A DNA stretch of 64,000 nucleotides, taken from NCBI GenBank assembly GCA_032718475.1, contig JAUCBJ010008641.1, positions 15,847-79,846 on the forward strand, read 5' to 3'. This stretch comes from Nemertoderma westbladi. Its lineage: Eukaryota; Animalia; Xenacoelomorpha. Of the stretch, positions 62,386 through 64,000 are shown in pieces. The first letter of the stretch is position 1, and each line of letters opens with the position of its first letter. Under the pieces are notes generated by a model, which was not told where the DNA came from, searched no databases, and worked only from the letters and a program-made list of their open reading frames with translations. Made by a program: the position numbers and the translations under genes.

Positions 62386-63309
62386 ATTGTACGGCAAGGA
62401 TTCCTAAAATGTAATATTTGAATTTGGTTGGGAAATGGCTGAGATATGGCATGTATTTTGCTTCGTTGCAGGCAATTTATTCTATTTAATAAATACACAA
62501 TGTTCTAGAAAATTACGTAGTACGTAGTACGTGGTTTGGAGAGATATGAGATATTAATTCAAGAAAAATTACTCGATTCCTAAATTTGTACACTTCCCGG
62601 TTAAAAAGTACGCATGTGATGGGATTAGTCCTACAATTGCGCCAATAAAAGGTTATTTTCGGTAAAATAAACTTATCATTCGAGGTTAAGACCACTAGAT
62701 CCCTTCCTATAATAAAAATGTATAATAACAAACACCTCGAAAAATACAGCTTGCCAACACATTGACACTTTAGTGCTTTAATGTTATTCCAGGACATACC
62801 GGTACTGTAAAGTACAGCAGTACAGTACTGCAGTAGGCCTAGTAGAACTTCACTCAGCATTCTGCATTCTCACTTCTCTAGGTCTGCGGTTCTCAATCAA
62901 GCGTGCATAGTTCAGTAGTTTAATAGCTACACAAAACATAGCAAAGCAACGTACCGGTACTGCGGTTCTACAGTAACAGTAGTAAGTATAGTTCATATCT
63001 GCATATTGCATATGCGTACCTCTGGTATTTTCGTATTGCAAAAATAAGACTATAACAGTATAAGTATGAAATACCCTATGTTATTGAGATATTGTTTATT
63101 GTTTTGGTTAGACTGTTAGAAAAGCCCACCACTGTAACCTGCTCCTTTCCGTTAATTAAGTAATGGAGATTAGTTTATTGTTTTGGTTAGAAAACACCAC
63201 CACTGTAACCTGCTTCTTTTGCCAGAGGTACGCATATGAACGATAACCAAAGTAGTACTGTAACTGTAGTAACCTGATTCAGTGATTACAACATTTACAT
63301 TACTGCATT

Positions 63310-63924
63310 ATGAATGATAATTCTTTAGTTACGACATTAAAAATTCTTATAATCGGCGAGAGCGGTGTCGGTAAATCGAGTTTGCTGCTGCGGTTCGTCG
63401 GTGACACCTTCGACGAACAGCAAGCGGCCACCATCGGAGTCGACTTCAAGGTGCGAACCCTAACGGTGGATGGAAATAAAGTGAAACTCGCGTTGTGGGA
63501 CACAGCTGGTCAGGAGAGATTCCGGACACTAACGCCGAGTTACTATCGCGGCGCCCAAGGTGTAATCCTCGTATATGACGTCACATCCCGTGAGTCCTTC
63601 ACGCAGCTAACTCATTGGTTGGAGGAGTTAGAAGTTTATACCTCGCGGGACGATATAGTTAAGATGGTAGTCGGGAATAAGATCGATAAAAAATCTCTAA
63701 TCGCAGTGAGAAGGGATGAGGGTTTAGATTTCGCACGTCGGAACAGGTCGCTTTTCCTTGAGGTGTCCGCGAAGACGCGGGAGGGAGTTTTATTGGCCTT
63801 CGAGGAGTTGGTTGAGAAGATTATCCAAACTCCTGGACTGTGGGAGGCCGTAGATACTGGTATGAGTTTACGTGAAGGTAAGGGAGGGCAGGGGGCGTGC
63901 GGGGGATACTGTTCACTACTGTAG
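63310..63924 (+). CDS. RAB18: Ras-related protein Rab-18, intronless
   Basis: LKILIIGESGVGKSSLLLRF, ATIGVDFK, WDTAGQERFRTLTPSYYRGAQG, NKID, EELVEKIIQTPGLWE and the C-terminal GGYCSLL prenylation motif. Confidence 0.96.
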   Translation: MNDNSLVTTLKILIIGESGVGKSSLLLRFVGDTFDEQQAATIGVDFKVRTLTVDGNKVKLALWDTAGQERFRTLTPSYYRGAQGVILVYDVTSRESFTQLTHWLEELEVYTSRDDIVKMVVGNKIDKKSLIAVRRDEGLDFARRNRSLFLEVSAKTREGVLLAFEELVEKIIQTPGLWEAVDTGMSLREGKGGQGACGGYCSLL

Positions 63925-64000
63925 GAATCACAGAACACTATTTTACTGCCTACCTCCAGACATATAAAAAAATTTTATGTTTGTCGATAACTTCTTCGTA

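Overview
AT-rich, repeat-dense animal (probably invertebrate) genomic DNA. Host genes are a single-exon rhodopsin-class peptide GPCR, single-exon FAM161 with an upstream RFX X-box, single-exon RAB18, a two-exon fibrinogen-domain membrane protein and two exons of a CLCA-like gene. The rest is RTE, CR1/L2, Penelope and Gypsy retroelements, several MITE/Harbinger/Helitron elements and at least nine tandem arrays. Three observations stand out. (1) An intact 1883-aa CRE-clade (RT plus restriction-like endonuclease) retrotransposon, with an N-terminal Cys cluster and about 800 aa of decapeptide repeats, sits in a palindromic 26-bp satellite. A 5'-truncated copy of a second, diverged relative sits in the same satellite at the same palindrome, which suggests a satellite-targeting retrotransposon group. 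(2) A 5.4-kb 22-bp array is an amplified exon/intron junction, giving about 250 consensus 5' splice sites directly behind a CLCA-like exon. (3) A Penelope element has a 15-bp TSD, a minimal hammerhead ribozyme and an internal satellite. All calls were made by eye from motifs. No database searches were run and coordinates of degenerate repeats are approximate.
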